The notes under the pieces are model-generated. The model was given only the letters and a program-made list of their open reading frames with translations. It was not told the DNA's origin and ran no database searches. Source: Bacteroidota bacterium (GTDB taxonomy: Bacteria; Bacteroidota; Bacteroidia; NS11-12g; UBA955). From it: 64,000 bases of DNA. Shown in pieces: positions 20,174-29,952 of this stretch (within the stretch, counting starts at the first letter, position 1; each line of letters opens with the position of its first letter). The stretch lies in the NCBI GenBank assembly GCA_027488835.1, contig JAIYAW010000005.1, positions 112,518 through 176,517 of the forward strand. Reading direction: 5' to 3'. A program made the translations under genes and the position numbers.

Positions 20174-20894
20174 CCAAGAAAAACTCATTGAGTTCTTGGT
20201 TTGATTTTCGGGCTTCTATAATTTCACTTTTTCCGCCTTCCCACCATTTTTGACCTTGATAAATAAAAATGATATGTTCTCCGATATCGAGAACTGTTTT
20301 CATATCATGGCTATTGATAATGGTTGTTATATTAAATTCTTTTGTAATGTCAACCAATAAATGATCAATTACCCTACTCGTTAAGGGGTCCAAACCAGAA
20401 TTAGGTTCATCACAAAACAAGTATTTGATTTCTAAAGCAATAGCCCTTGCAATACCCACTCTTTTTTTCATGCCCCCACTAATTTCGGCTGGGTATTTTT
20501 TGTTGGCATTTGTTAACTGAACCCTCTGAAGACAAAAATTCACCCTTTCTTTTCTTTCTTCGGGGGACATTTTTGAAAACATTCTTAGTGGGAAATCTAT
20601 ATTTTCTTCAACTGTAAGAGAATCAAAAAGTGCGTTGTTCTGAAATAGCATTCCGATTTCTCTTCGCAAATTTTGCTTGTGTTGGTATTCTAAACTTATA
20701 AAGTCTTGATCTCCGTATAGTATTTTCCCTTTTGTTGGCTCTAACAGACCAACCATACATTTAATTAATACACTTTTTCCGCTTCCACTAGCACCAATTA
20801 CCAAGTTTGCAACACCGGGCTTAAATTCAGTATTGATATCGAACAAAATTTGACGGTCGTCAAACCATTTATCAAGATGTTCAATTTTTATCAT
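20163..20894 (-). CDS. mlaF: Mla-type ABC transporter ATP-binding protein
   Basis: GASGSGKS, FQNNALFDS, ISGGMKKRVGIARA and DEPNSGLDP; adjacent to MlaE. Confidence 0.85.
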   Translation of the reverse strand: MIKIEHLDKWFDDRQILFDINTEFKPGVANLVIGASGSGKSVLIKCMVGLLEPTKGKILYGDQDFISLEYQHKQNLRREIGMLFQNNALFDSLTVEENIDFPLRMFSKMSPEERKERVNFCLQRVQLTNANKKYPAEISGGMKKRVGIARAIALEIKYLFCDEPNSGLDPLTSRVIDHLLVDITKEFNITTIINSHDMKTVLDIGEHIIFIYQGQKWWEGGKSEIIEARKSNQELNEFFLASF

Positions 20895-21655
20895 GATTTC
20901 AAGAACAATTGGGCAATAATCAAATCAAAAAACAGAATAAAAATACAAATTTTGGTTACTGCTTTGGTACCTGCAATTCCCACTTCCAATGCTCCGCCGG
21001 TAGTATAATACCCTTGAAAAGCACTTAAACTGGTAATTAAAAATGCGAAGATGAATGATTTGGTTAGCATTACTTTTAAATACAATGGTTTAAATACCAA
21101 TCTTGCTCCTTGTATTAGATCATCAGCAGTGAGGGAAGTTGTTGCACTGCAAGCCAAAACACCACCGTAGATTAATAAAAAATTCGCAATGATAATTAAG
21201 CAAGGAATCATGATTAAACCAGCAACAATTTTAGGTAAGGTAACGAAACTTGCAGAATTAATGCCCATAACTTCATAAGCATCTATTTGCTCAGAAACTT
21301 TCATGTTTCCAATTTCAGATGCGATATTTGCGCCAATTTTCCCTGCCAAAACCAAGCATGTTACAGTTGGTGCTAATTCTAAAAGTGAACTTGTACCCAC
21401 AACTGCACCAATTACAAATTTTGGCATTAATTGAGTAGGAAAGAGGTCACTTGGTGTTAATAATTGATTGGCAGTTTGAATCGTAGTTACAGCGCCTGTA
21501 AAAGTTGCAATTAAAATAACAATTAACACCGAGTCTATACCAATGAGGTACATCTCACGAAATGTAATTTTCCAAAATACTTTTGCTTTTTCTGGTCTAT
21601 GAAGTACAAACTTCATAAATAGTATAAATCGACCGATTTCAGATATTAAATTCAT
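20891..21655 (-). CDS. mlaE: MlaE family ABC permease
   Basis: ELAP, IASEIGNMKVSEQIDAYEVMG and GGALEVG. Confidence 0.88.
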   Translation of the reverse strand: MNLISEIGRFILFMKFVLHRPEKAKVFWKITFREMYLIGIDSVLIVILIATFTGAVTTIQTANQLLTPSDLFPTQLMPKFVIGAVVGTSSLLELAPTVTCLVLAGKIGANIASEIGNMKVSEQIDAYEVMGINSASFVTLPKIVAGLIMIPCLIIIANFLLIYGGVLACSATTSLTADDLIQGARLVFKPLYLKVMLTKSFIFAFLITSLSAFQGYYTTGGALEVGIAGTKAVTKICIFILFFDLIIAQLFLKS

Positions 21656-21702
21656 TTTGATGCTGTAAAATTAATTCAAAAAAATGGGTTTCTGTATTAA
21701 CA

Positions 21703-23805
21703 TTAACTTATTTTACTCCAAATTGTTCTATTTGGTGTTTTGCCTAATTCATAACGTATTGGTGAACTTTCTTCTTGCATTAAGAGTTCGTCTTTTTCTA
21801 ACCACAAAACGGCTTCATTTCTGGCTGCAATGAGAATGCTTTCGTCGAAACGGATATCGGCTAGTTTTAAATCGAGCACACCGCTTTGTTTGGTGCCATC
21901 TAATTCACCCGGACCTCTAAGTTCTAAATCTACCTTTGCAATTTCAAAACCATCATTGGTTCTTACCATGGTTTTGATGCGTTTTCTTCCAGATTCAGAG
22001 AGTTTATCTCCTGTTACCAAAATACAAAAACTCTGCTCAGCACCCCTACCAACCCTTCCTCTAAGTTGATGCAGCTGAGCAAGTCCAAATCTTTCTGCAT
22101 TTTCTACCACCATAACCGATGCATTCGGAACATTTACCCCAACTTCAATCACAGTCGTTGCCACCATAATATCGGTTTGTCCCAGTTTGAATTTTTTCAT
22201 TTCGGATTCTTTGTCGGCTGGCTTCATTTTGCCATGCAAAAAGCTATACTTGAATTTCGGGGTAGGGAGGTAATCAGCAACCATATCGTATCCAGACATT
22301 AAACTTTTCAATGCCAATTTTTCTGAATCTTCTATTAACGGAAATACGTAATATACTTGACGGCCTTTGGCAATTTCATCCCTCAAGAAATCCATGAAAA
22401 GTGGTCTGGTGCTTTCATGCCGCTGAACTGTAACTATGGGTTTTCTCCCAGCAGGCATTTCGTCAATCACGCTCACATCTAAATCTCCATAAACGGTCAT
22501 TGCCAAGGTTCTTGGAATTGGGGTAGCGGTCATAACCAAAATATGCGGTGCAACTTGTCCTTTTTTCCATAAACGTGCTCTTTGAGCAACGCCAAAACGA
22601 TGTTGCTCGTCAATAACAACGAATCCCAATTTTTTAAAGGCCACATCTTCCTCCAAAAGCGCATGGGTTCCAATTAAAATGTCGATTTCGCCATTGGCTA
22701 GTTTTTCCAGGATTTCCTTTCTATTTTTCTTCGTAGTTGAACCCGTTAATAAGGCAACCGTTACTTTCATGTGTTCCATCCACTCACCAATTGAAATAGC
22801 ATGTTGAATGGCTAAAATTTCAGTAGGCGCCATCAGGCAAGTTTGGTATCCATTATCGAGGCTCAAAAGCATGGCCAACATGGCCACCATGGTTTTGCCG
22901 CTACCTACGTCGCCCTGCAACAGACGGTTCATCTGTTTGCCGGTTTTCACATCTACCCTTATTTCCTTTAAAACCCTTTTCTGAGCATTGGTTAATGAAA
23001 AGGGTAAGTAATTATTATAAAAATTGTTAAAGTGGTCACCAACTTGTTCAAACACCAATCCTGTGATAACTCTATTTCTGTTTCCTTTTAACTGTAAATG
23101 CCGAAGTTGTAAATAAAACAGTTCATCAAATTTCAATCTGCGTTTTGCATCTTCCAAGCACGTTAAATTTGGAGGGAAATGCAAATCAGTAAGTGCTTGT
23201 GTTCGAGATACAAATTTAAATTTTTGGATGATGCTCTCAGGTAAGCACTCTGGAACTTGAAACTGAGGAAGGGTAACAATTTGCTTGGTAAGTTGTGTGA
23301 GTAGCTTACTTTCAATCTTCTTGCGCTTTAATCCTTCAGTTAATGGATACACTGGTGTCAATCCTAGACTTGATGGATTGAAATCGTCTGTTAATACCTC
23401 AAGCTCAGGGTGAGCCATATTTATCTTTCCCTTGTAATTCGTTATTTTTCCATGAATTAAAAAAAAGCTACCCGGGTTGAGGTATTTTTCAATATAACTG
23501 ATGGATTTGAACCAAACCAATTCGAATTCTCCCGTACCATCTCTAAATGTTGCGGTAAATCTTCTTGCGGGTCCAATTCCCAAAATACCCTGAGGAAATA
23601 TCTTTCCTCTCAATTGAACATAGATATCTTCCTGTCCTTGAATTTCAGAAACCGTATAAATTTTAGAGCGGTCTTCATGCCGAAAAGGGTAATGGCTTAT
23701 TAGATCGCCAACGGTAAAAATTCCCAGTTCAGATTTTAGGGCCTCTGCTTTGAGTGGACCTACCCCTTTTAGGAATTCTATTTTGGTATCTAATAACTGC
23801 GACAT
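21703..23805 (-). CDS. recG: ATP-dependent DNA helicase RecG
   Basis: RLLQGDVGSGKT, DEQHRFG, MTATPIPRT and QLHQLRGRVGRG. Confidence 0.97.
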   Translation of the reverse strand: MSQLLDTKIEFLKGVGPLKAEALKSELGIFTVGDLISHYPFRHEDRSKIYTVSEIQGQEDIYVQLRGKIFPQGILGIGPARRFTATFRDGTGEFELVWFKSISYIEKYLNPGSFFLIHGKITNYKGKINMAHPELEVLTDDFNPSSLGLTPVYPLTEGLKRKKIESKLLTQLTKQIVTLPQFQVPECLPESIIQKFKFVSRTQALTDLHFPPNLTCLEDAKRRLKFDELFYLQLRHLQLKGNRNRVITGLVFEQVGDHFNNFYNNYLPFSLTNAQKRVLKEIRVDVKTGKQMNRLLQGDVGSGKTMVAMLAMLLSLDNGYQTCLMAPTEILAIQHAISIGEWMEHMKVTVALLTGSTTKKNRKEILEKLANGEIDILIGTHALLEEDVAFKKLGFVVIDEQHRFGVAQRARLWKKGQVAPHILVMTATPIPRTLAMTVYGDLDVSVIDEMPAGRKPIVTVQRHESTRPLFMDFLRDEIAKGRQVYYVFPLIEDSEKLALKSLMSGYDMVADYLPTPKFKYSFLHGKMKPADKESEMKKFKLGQTDIMVATTVIEVGVNVPNASVMVVENAERFGLAQLHQLRGRVGRGAEQSFCILVTGDKLSESGRKRIKTMVRTNDGFEIAKVDLELRGPGELDGTKQSGVLDLKLADIRFDESILIAARNEAVLWLEKDELLMQEESSPIRYELGKTPNRTIWSKIS

Positions 23806-23921
23806 ATGAAGAATAGTTTACGAAGATAACATGAAAATATAGGGGTACAAAATGATTGAAAATCCTACTATGAAATAAATATCCCTCAAAAAATAAATTT
23901 GAAATCTAGCCTAGTTGGGGT

Positions 23922-23929
23922 TAATTTCG
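23922..23929 (+). promoter_or_regulatory. -7 promoter box variant, 4 nt before the fabG ATG
   Basis: TAATTTCG-CCCC-ATG. Confidence 0.55.
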
Positions 23930-23933
23930 CCCC

Positions 23934-24677
23934 ATGCTTTCAGGAAAAACCGCTTTGATTACTGGTGCTTCTCGAGGAATCGGGAAAGGCATCGCTGAAG
24001 TTTTTGCAAAAAACGGCTGTAACATTGCCTTTACATTCGCTTCATCTATAGAAAAAGCCCGTGCTTTTGAAACGGAATTGGCCGCTCAATATGGAGTAAA
24101 AGTAAAAGGATATCAGAGTAATGCCGCGGATTTCAAACAAAGTGAAACCCTTGCAACTGATGTATTGGCAGATTTTGGCAAAATTGATATCTTAATCAAT
24201 AATGCCGGAATTACCCGAGATACTTTAATGCTTAGAATGACAGAAGAGCAATGGGATGAAGTGATGGATACCAACTTGAAAAGTGCATTTAATTTAACAA
24301 AAGCATTTTTAAAGCATTTCTTAGGAAATAGAGCTGGTTCAATTATCAACATGACAAGTGTTGTTGGAGTAACAGGAAATGCAGGTCAAGCAAATTACGC
24401 AGCTTCTAAAGCGGGTTTGATTGGTTTTACAAAAAGTATTGCCAAAGAATTGGGTTCTAGAAATATTCGTTGCAACGCTGTTGCACCAGGATTTATTGAA
24501 ACCGAAATGACACATGGGCTAGACGAGAATGTAAAAAAAGGTTGGTTGGATACCATTCCATTGAAACGTGGGGGGAGTCCAGATGATGTTGCTAACCTTT
24601 GTATGTTCCTTGCCTCCGATTTAAGTACTTACATTACCGGTCAAACTATTTCTGTTTGTGGCGGTATGCTGATGTAA
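23934..24677 (+). CDS. fabG: 3-oxoacyl-ACP reductase
   Basis: TGASRGIG, NNAGITRD, NYAASKAG and PGFIETEMT. Confidence 0.95.
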   Translation: MLSGKTALITGASRGIGKGIAEVFAKNGCNIAFTFASSIEKARAFETELAAQYGVKVKGYQSNAADFKQSETLATDVLADFGKIDILINNAGITRDTLMLRMTEEQWDEVMDTNLKSAFNLTKAFLKHFLGNRAGSIINMTSVVGVTGNAGQANYAASKAGLIGFTKSIAKELGSRNIRCNAVAPGFIETEMTHGLDENVKKGWLDTIPLKRGGSPDDVANLCMFLASDLSTYITGQTISVCGGMLM

Positions 24678-24714
24678 TTTAATTGATTTTCAACGAATTT
24701 CTGATTTTCTAAAC

Positions 24715-24722
24715 TAACTTTG
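24715..24722 (+). promoter_or_regulatory. -7 promoter box, 4 nt before the tatC ATG
   Basis: TAACTTTG-AAGC-ATG. Confidence 0.6.
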
Positions 24723-24726
24723 AAGC

Positions 24727-25575
24727 ATGGCATTAGACCAAATAGATGTAGATGAAGTATTCCCAGATGAGAAAAATATGGGTTTCTTTGATCACATCGA
24801 TGAATTAAGAAAACATTTGGTACGTATTGCCTATGCTGTTTTAATTTCTACCTGCGTAACTTTTTTTTGGGTAGAAAAAATATTTGACACGGTAATTTTA
24901 GGTCCTTTTAAATCCGATTTTTGGGGATATAAATTCTTTTGTAAAGCGGGTCACTTTGTATTGGGAAATAACAGTTTGTGTTGGCAACCACCCTCACTTT
25001 CTATGCAAAGTCAGCAAATTCAGGGACAGTTTGTAAGTGCCTTTAAAATTGCGCTGGTAGTGGGAGTTATTGTCGCGTTTCCATTTATAATATATCAACT
25101 TTGGTCTTTTATTAGACCGGCTTTAAGTCAAAAAGAAGTAAAAAGAACGAGAAGAAGTTTATTTGTAGTTTCTTTCTTGTTTTTTACTGGAGTTTTGTTT
25201 GCCTATTTCTTTTTGGTGCCTGTAGCTACTAATTTTTTGTTGTCGTACAAGCTAAATGAAAGCATCCAAAATATCATTACTATTTCTAGTGTAACGGGAT
25301 TTGTGACCTTTATGAGTTTGGCAACTGGCTTGGTATTTGAATTGCCTGTTCTCATTTATATTTTGGCAACAATTGGATTGGTGAATGCTGCTTTTTTAAG
25401 GAAATATTGGAGATATGCCGCAGTGATTATTTTTATCATTGCAGGTATTGCCACACCTTCCCCAGATATTTTTAGTCAATTGTTACTTGGTATGCCCTTG
25501 ATGTTTTTATATGTTGTTGGGATTTATATTGCAAAACGCGTTGAGAAACGCAAACTAAGAGAAGAAAATGAATAA
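24727..25575 (+). CDS. tatC: Twin-arginine translocase subunit TatC
   Basis: MGFFDHIDELR, YQLWSFIRPAL, FELP and TPSPDIFSQ. Confidence 0.95.
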   Translation: MALDQIDVDEVFPDEKNMGFFDHIDELRKHLVRIAYAVLISTCVTFFWVEKIFDTVILGPFKSDFWGYKFFCKAGHFVLGNNSLCWQPPSLSMQSQQIQGQFVSAFKIALVVGVIVAFPFIIYQLWSFIRPALSQKEVKRTRRSLFVVSFLFFTGVLFAYFFLVPVATNFLLSYKLNESIQNIITISSVTGFVTFMSLATGLVFELPVLIYILATIGLVNAAFLRKYWRYAAVIIFIIAGIATPSPDIFSQLLLGMPLMFLYVVGIYIAKRVEKRKLREENE

Positions 25576-26008
25576 TGTAACTATAGCTATTGGTTCAGAT
25601 CACGCTGGATTTGAATTGAAACAAGAATTGTGTAACTACTTAACTAACAAAGGTTACTCCATGATTGATCTTGGTCCAAATTCGGCCGACAGTGTAGATT
25701 ATCCTGATTTTGCACACAAAGTTGCTTCAAGTGTTGAAACTGGAATTACCCAATTGGGAATTCTTATTTGTGGAAGTGGCAATGGTGTTTGTATTACTGC
25801 AAACAAACATCACGGAGTAAGAGCTGCTTTGGCTTGGGCGCCTGAATTGGCGTCTTTGGCACGTCAACACAACAATGCAAATGTGATTTGCTTACCTGCT
25901 AGATTTATTTCTCAAGAAACAGCATTTGAAATTGCGGATGCTTACTTGGGAACAACTTTCGAAGGTGGCCGTCATGAAACACGCGTCAATAAAATAGAAA
26001 CAGAATAA
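25568..26008 (+). CDS. rpiB: Ribose-5-phosphate isomerase B
   Basis: GSDHAG, DYPD, CGSGNG, ARQHNNAN and FEGGRH. Confidence 0.95.
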   Translation: MNNVTIAIGSDHAGFELKQELCNYLTNKGYSMIDLGPNSADSVDYPDFAHKVASSVETGITQLGILICGSGNGVCITANKHHGVRAALAWAPELASLARQHNNANVICLPARFISQETAFEIADAYLGTTFEGGRHETRVNKIETE

Positions 26009-26013
26009 TTCTG

Positions 26014-26622
26014 ATGGAAGACGAAGAACTAAGTAGCGTGAAAATGCTTGGTTTAAAGTTACCTACCGATCCACGTTGGGTTAACATTGCCGAGAAATCT
26101 ATTCAAGAAATATTAATTGACCACGCTTTTTGCGAGCAAAAAGCTGCCTCTACGGGTATTTCTCTTATCGTACGATATTCAGATAAGGAAAAATTGGTTC
26201 AAGAGGTTACTCCACTTGTTGCTGAAGAATGGGGTCATTTTAGAAGGGTTTTAAAGGAACTTGATAAAAGAGGTTTTAAATTAGGTAGAAAGCGAAAAGA
26301 TTTATATGTTGTTCAATTACAAGCGCAACAAATAAAAGGAATTGCTGACATGCAAATGCTTGAGCACCTTTTGATCTCAGCACTTATTGAAGCAAGAAGT
26401 TGTGAACGTTTTCGATTGCTCAGTTTGTATTGCTCAGACGAGGATTTACGTAAGTTTTACCACGAATTTATGATTTCAGAAGCAGGTCATTATCGCATGT
26501 TTATCGATTTGGCTAAAACTTATTACGATGAGGATTTGGTTAAAAAAAGATGGCAAGAATGGCTTGAAATTGAGGCTGAAATTCTTAATAATCTAGAACT
26601 TCGCGGAGATCGGGTTCATTAA
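26014..26622 (+). CDS. miaE: tRNA-(ms2io6A) hydroxylase, ferritin-like
   Basis: DHAFCEQKAA, EEWGHF, IEARSCERF and SEAGHY di-iron motifs. Confidence 0.92.
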   Translation: MEDEELSSVKMLGLKLPTDPRWVNIAEKSIQEILIDHAFCEQKAASTGISLIVRYSDKEKLVQEVTPLVAEEWGHFRRVLKELDKRGFKLGRKRKDLYVVQLQAQQIKGIADMQMLEHLLISALIEARSCERFRLLSLYCSDEDLRKFYHEFMISEAGHYRMFIDLAKTYYDEDLVKKRWQEWLEIEAEILNNLELRGDRVH

Positions 26623-26645
26623 TCATCAACGTTATCATTTTTCAC

Positions 26646-26653
26646 TATATTTG
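26646..26653 (+). promoter_or_regulatory. -7 promoter box, 4 nt before the ZIP transporter ATG
   Basis: TATATTTG-AACT-ATG. Confidence 0.6.
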
Positions 26654-26657
26654 AACT

Positions 26658-27485
26658 ATGGATAAAATTATAGCTTTTTTTAGTGGTTTATCTCCCATAA
26701 TGCAAGGTCTTGTTGGATCTACATTTACATGGTTGGTAACAGCTATGGGGGCAGCTGTAGTTTTTTTTATCAAGGATGTTCGCAAAGGATTCATGGACAC
26801 GCTGTTGGGATTCACAGCAGGAGTAATGCTCGCCGCAAGTTTTTGGAGTTTGTTGAACCCTGCTATTGAAATGGCCCAATTGACATGGAGTCATCAATGG
26901 GCTTGGGTTCCAGTAGCGATAGGATTTTTAGGCGGAGCCATATTTTTATTTTCTCTTGATCAATTGTTGCCACATTTGCATTTAAATGAACCCATTGAAA
27001 AGTCGGAAGGGGTAAAAACCAATTGGAATAGAACAGTTTTACTGGTTTTGGCAATTACTTTGCATAATATTCCCGAAGGATTGGCTGTTGGAGTAGCATT
27101 TGGTGCTGTTGCAGAAGGAATTCCTGGAGCAGATTTGGCGGGTGCCATTGCGCTAACCATTGGAATTGGGATTCAAGATTTTCCGGAGGGACTTGCTGTT
27201 GCATTGCCATTACGCAGATTTGGAATGTCGAGAACAAAGTCATTTTTATGGGGTCAACTTAGCGGAATTGTAGAACCAATTGCAGCCGTTGCTGGAGTTG
27301 CGTTGGTCATGATGGCTCAAAGTATTTTACCATATGCATTGGCTTTTGCGGCAGGTGCAATGATTTATGTTGTTGTTGAAGAGGTTATTCCGGAATCGCA
27401 AAGCAATGGTCACAATGACAGAGCCACATTAGGATTGATGTTCGGTTTTGTAATTATGATGGCGTTAGATGTGGGATTGGGATAA
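26658..27485 (+). CDS. ZIP family (GufA-like) divalent metal transporter
   Basis: ITLHNIPEGLAVG, QDFPEG and FAAGAMIYVV.EE.IPE. Confidence 0.92.
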   Translation: MDKIIAFFSGLSPIMQGLVGSTFTWLVTAMGAAVVFFIKDVRKGFMDTLLGFTAGVMLAASFWSLLNPAIEMAQLTWSHQWAWVPVAIGFLGGAIFLFSLDQLLPHLHLNEPIEKSEGVKTNWNRTVLLVLAITLHNIPEGLAVGVAFGAVAEGIPGADLAGAIALTIGIGIQDFPEGLAVALPLRRFGMSRTKSFLWGQLSGIVEPIAAVAGVALVMMAQSILPYALAFAAGAMIYVVVEEVIPESQSNGHNDRATLGLMFGFVIMMALDVGLG

Positions 27486-27494
27486 ATTCACCAA

Positions 27495-28076
27495 TTAATC
27501 ATTCGCCACATTGAAAACAATAAATTCTGCGTTTTCCGGTGTAATATTATTTTTATCTAACTGCTGAGATATTGCTACTTCTAATGCTCTTTCTCCTTTT
27601 TCTTTAAATAAGAAAAAACAATACCATTTAAAATAGAAGAAATCAAATGCTTTGGTGAGTTTGTATTCTGTAATTTGTAAAGCTTTTGAAAATTTCTTGG
27701 GATATTGATGCATTTCTACGCGAATAGAGGGTAGCATGTCGAAAGACTCTGGAAATACCTGTGGGTATTTTTTTTCCATTAAGCGCATTGCAAAGAGCAT
27801 CACATCAATTGAATCAATGGCCTCGGTATAGTTGATTAAATTACCTAATCCAAAGCTAGGTAGCTTGTTGATACGCGAATACAATGCATATGCGCAAAGC
27901 TTTTTGATTGAATCATTTGTCGGATTTCGATTATAAACTTTCGCAATTTCCTCGCAATAGCGAATCATTGGATCTGTAGGCTGTTTTCTTTTGGTATTGA
28001 TCTTTTGCCCAAATAAATTGCCTCCACCTATGAATACGGAAAGAATGATTAAAAAGTAACCCTTATAAACTCTCAT
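27495..28076 (-). CDS. Hypothetical exported protein whose start codon lies inside decamer array B
   Basis: 193-aa ORF filling the gap between neighbours. Signal-peptide-like N-terminus MRVYKGYFLIILSVFIGGGNLFG-Q; no family recognised. Confidence 0.6.
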   Translation of the reverse strand: MRVYKGYFLIILSVFIGGGNLFGQKINTKRKQPTDPMIRYCEEIAKVYNRNPTNDSIKKLCAYALYSRINKLPSFGLGNLINYTEAIDSIDVMLFAMRLMEKKYPQVFPESFDMLPSIRVEMHQYPKKFSKALQITEYKLTKAFDFFYFKWYCFFLFKEKGERALEVAISQQLDKNNITPENAEFIVFNVAND

Positions 28077-28130
28077 AAACTTTTATAAACACTTATAAAC
28101 CTTCATAAACTGTTATAAACCCTATAATTC
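28058..28130 (-). repeat. Decamer-array element, locus B: single arm with six units
   Basis: Minus strand reads GAATTATAGG GTTTATAACA GTTTATGAAG GTTTATAAGT GTTTATAAAA GTTTATGAGA GTTTATAAGG GTT. It starts 2 nt after the TGA at 28135-28133. Confidence 0.95.
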
Positions 28131-28132
28131 CC

Positions 28133-28852
28133 TCAATAATAGTATTCCTCATTCTTTTTGATATTTCCTAAATTAAAATAATAGGCAACACCAATTTGAA
28201 GATTTCCGCCTCTGAAATTCAAGGGAAAGGCTTTGCTGTAAAATTCGCCCGTTTGTACTTGTAATTCGTGAGAAGTTCTCAATGATTGTTGGTAGGTGAT
28301 GTTGAATTCGTATCTGTCGCCACGTTCATTGCTTCCCCCCATTACAAATCCTAAATAAATCATGGGATACCATTTGTTTGTTTCTGTTTGGATAATTCTG
28401 AATGCAGGCTTTGTAGTTGCATTGTAAAAAGTATCGCGCACAGTTGAAGGACTTTGATTATAATTGATAATCCCCCCAATTTTTTCCATAATGTACATCG
28501 AACCACCGAATCGTTGCTTGAATGACAATCCAAAATTTGCGTTTAACGCGGTAATACTGCTGTTTACAGAATTGTCTAAGGAAAGAGTGTCGTTGTTGAT
28601 CTTATATCCCTTGTTGATGATGCCAACGCCAAAATGAAGGGATGTAACTCTGTTCATTTCATAATATCCACCAAGGTTAAAAGCTGCACCCCAACGATTT
28701 CGGGTAGTGAAATTATTGGCTAAGGTATCGGCAGTGGCTGTTTTTGCAGCACAAGTTGCGGCACTTAATCCCAAGTACCACTTGCTTTGGGCGTTAGCAT
28801 TTGAAAATAAACAAAGACTTGTTACAAAAAAAAGAATGAATTTGTTTCGCAT
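28133..28852 (-). CDS. Outer-membrane beta-barrel protein (PorT/OMP_b-brl_2-like)
   Basis: Signal peptide MRNKFILFFVTSLCLFSNANA-Q from ATG 28852, amphipathic beta-strands, and GVAYYF near the C-terminus. Confidence 0.65.
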   Translation of the reverse strand: MRNKFILFFVTSLCLFSNANAQSKWYLGLSAATCAAKTATADTLANNFTTRNRWGAAFNLGGYYEMNRVTSLHFGVGIINKGYKINNDTLSLDNSVNSSITALNANFGLSFKQRFGGSMYIMEKIGGIINYNQSPSTVRDTFYNATTKPAFRIIQTETNKWYPMIYLGFVMGGSNERGDRYEFNITYQQSLRTSHELQVQTGEFYSKAFPLNFRGGNLQIGVAYYFNLGNIKKNEEYYY

Positions 28853-28936
28853 TATATACAAAATTACGACGAAATAGTACATTTTGTTACATTCATAAAA
28901 AATGGCATCAGAAAATAGCCGTATTTTTGCACTATA

Positions 28937-29950
28937 ATGAGTTTTCAATTAGAAGCATTGTTGGCATTAAGACAATCAATCGTGAATTATAAAACCGATG
29001 AAAGTTGGCAGTCAAAATTATATACAGCACAGATTAATAATCAGTGGTTCGAACTAAAACAAACAGAAAAGAGTATTCAGAGTTGGTTAGATGCATTGTC
29101 AGATGAGAATATCGCCCAATGGTTGGCTAAATATTCCTTCCCTCTTGAAATTCATAACAAAAGAATGGGTGTTATTATGGCCGGTAATATTCCTTTGGTA
29201 GGAATGCATGACCTTATTGTTGGCGTTCTTACAGGTTATACAGTAGTTGCGAAATGTTCTTCAGACGATGAGTTTTTGCCAAAGTTTTGGATTTCTGAAG
29301 CAGCCAAAATAAATCCAATTTGGGGCAATCAAATTGAATTTTCAGATCAATTCAAAAATGTAGATGCAGCAATTGCAACTGGAAGTAACAATTCTTCTCG
29401 GTATTTTGAATACTATTTTAGAAATATCCCTCATATTCTGAGAAAAAACAGAAATAGTATTGCTGTAATAACCGGTACTGAAACTGAAGATGAATTAGTT
29501 GCATTTGGGAATGATGTGTTTGATTATTTCGGACTTGGATGTCGCAATGTGACCAAAGTTTATTTGCCAGAAGGATATGAATTTAAAACGCTTTTTGATG
29601 TGTGGGAAAAATCACATGCCGATGTTGCTTTTCATAACAAATATGTAAATAATTACAATTATCACAAAGCATTGTTGTTGATGAATTTGGATCCACATAT
29701 TGATGCTGGTTACGTTTTGATGAAAGAAAGAAAAGAATTGTATTCGCCCGTTGGAATGGTCAATTACGAATACTATTCAAACATCAACGAGTTGAAAGCT
29801 GTTTTTGCAGAAATATCTGAGAACATTCAATGCATTGTAAGTGAAAATACTGAAATCACCCATTTGCGTTTAGGTCAAACACAGTGCCCAACATTGTGGG
29901 ATTATGCAGATGGTGTTGACACCATGCAATGGGCTATTGAATCAATTTGA
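28937..29950 (+). CDS. Acyl-CoA reductase (LuxC-like), Bacteroidota type
   Basis: IMAGNIPLVGMHD, ATGSNNSSRYFEYYF, YFGLGCRNV and DYADGVDT. Confidence 0.88.
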   Translation: MSFQLEALLALRQSIVNYKTDESWQSKLYTAQINNQWFELKQTEKSIQSWLDALSDENIAQWLAKYSFPLEIHNKRMGVIMAGNIPLVGMHDLIVGVLTGYTVVAKCSSDDEFLPKFWISEAAKINPIWGNQIEFSDQFKNVDAAIATGSNNSSRYFEYYFRNIPHILRKNRNSIAVITGTETEDELVAFGNDVFDYFGLGCRNVTKVYLPEGYEFKTLFDVWEKSHADVAFHNKYVNNYNYHKALLLMNLDPHIDAGYVLMKERKELYSPVGMVNYEYYSNINELKAVFAEISENIQCIVSENTEITHLRLGQTQCPTLWDYADGVDTMQWAIESI

Positions 29951-29952
29951 GG

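Noticed and set aside
28058-28130. Decamer arrays as a CRISPR array
   Set aside because: Units are 10 bp and contiguous with no unique 25-45 bp spacers, and no cas gene is recognisable in the window.
28937-29950. LuxC-like reductase as evidence of bioluminescence
   Set aside because: Stand-alone LuxC-like acyl-CoA reductases are common in Bacteroidota, and no luxAB or luxDE is nearby.
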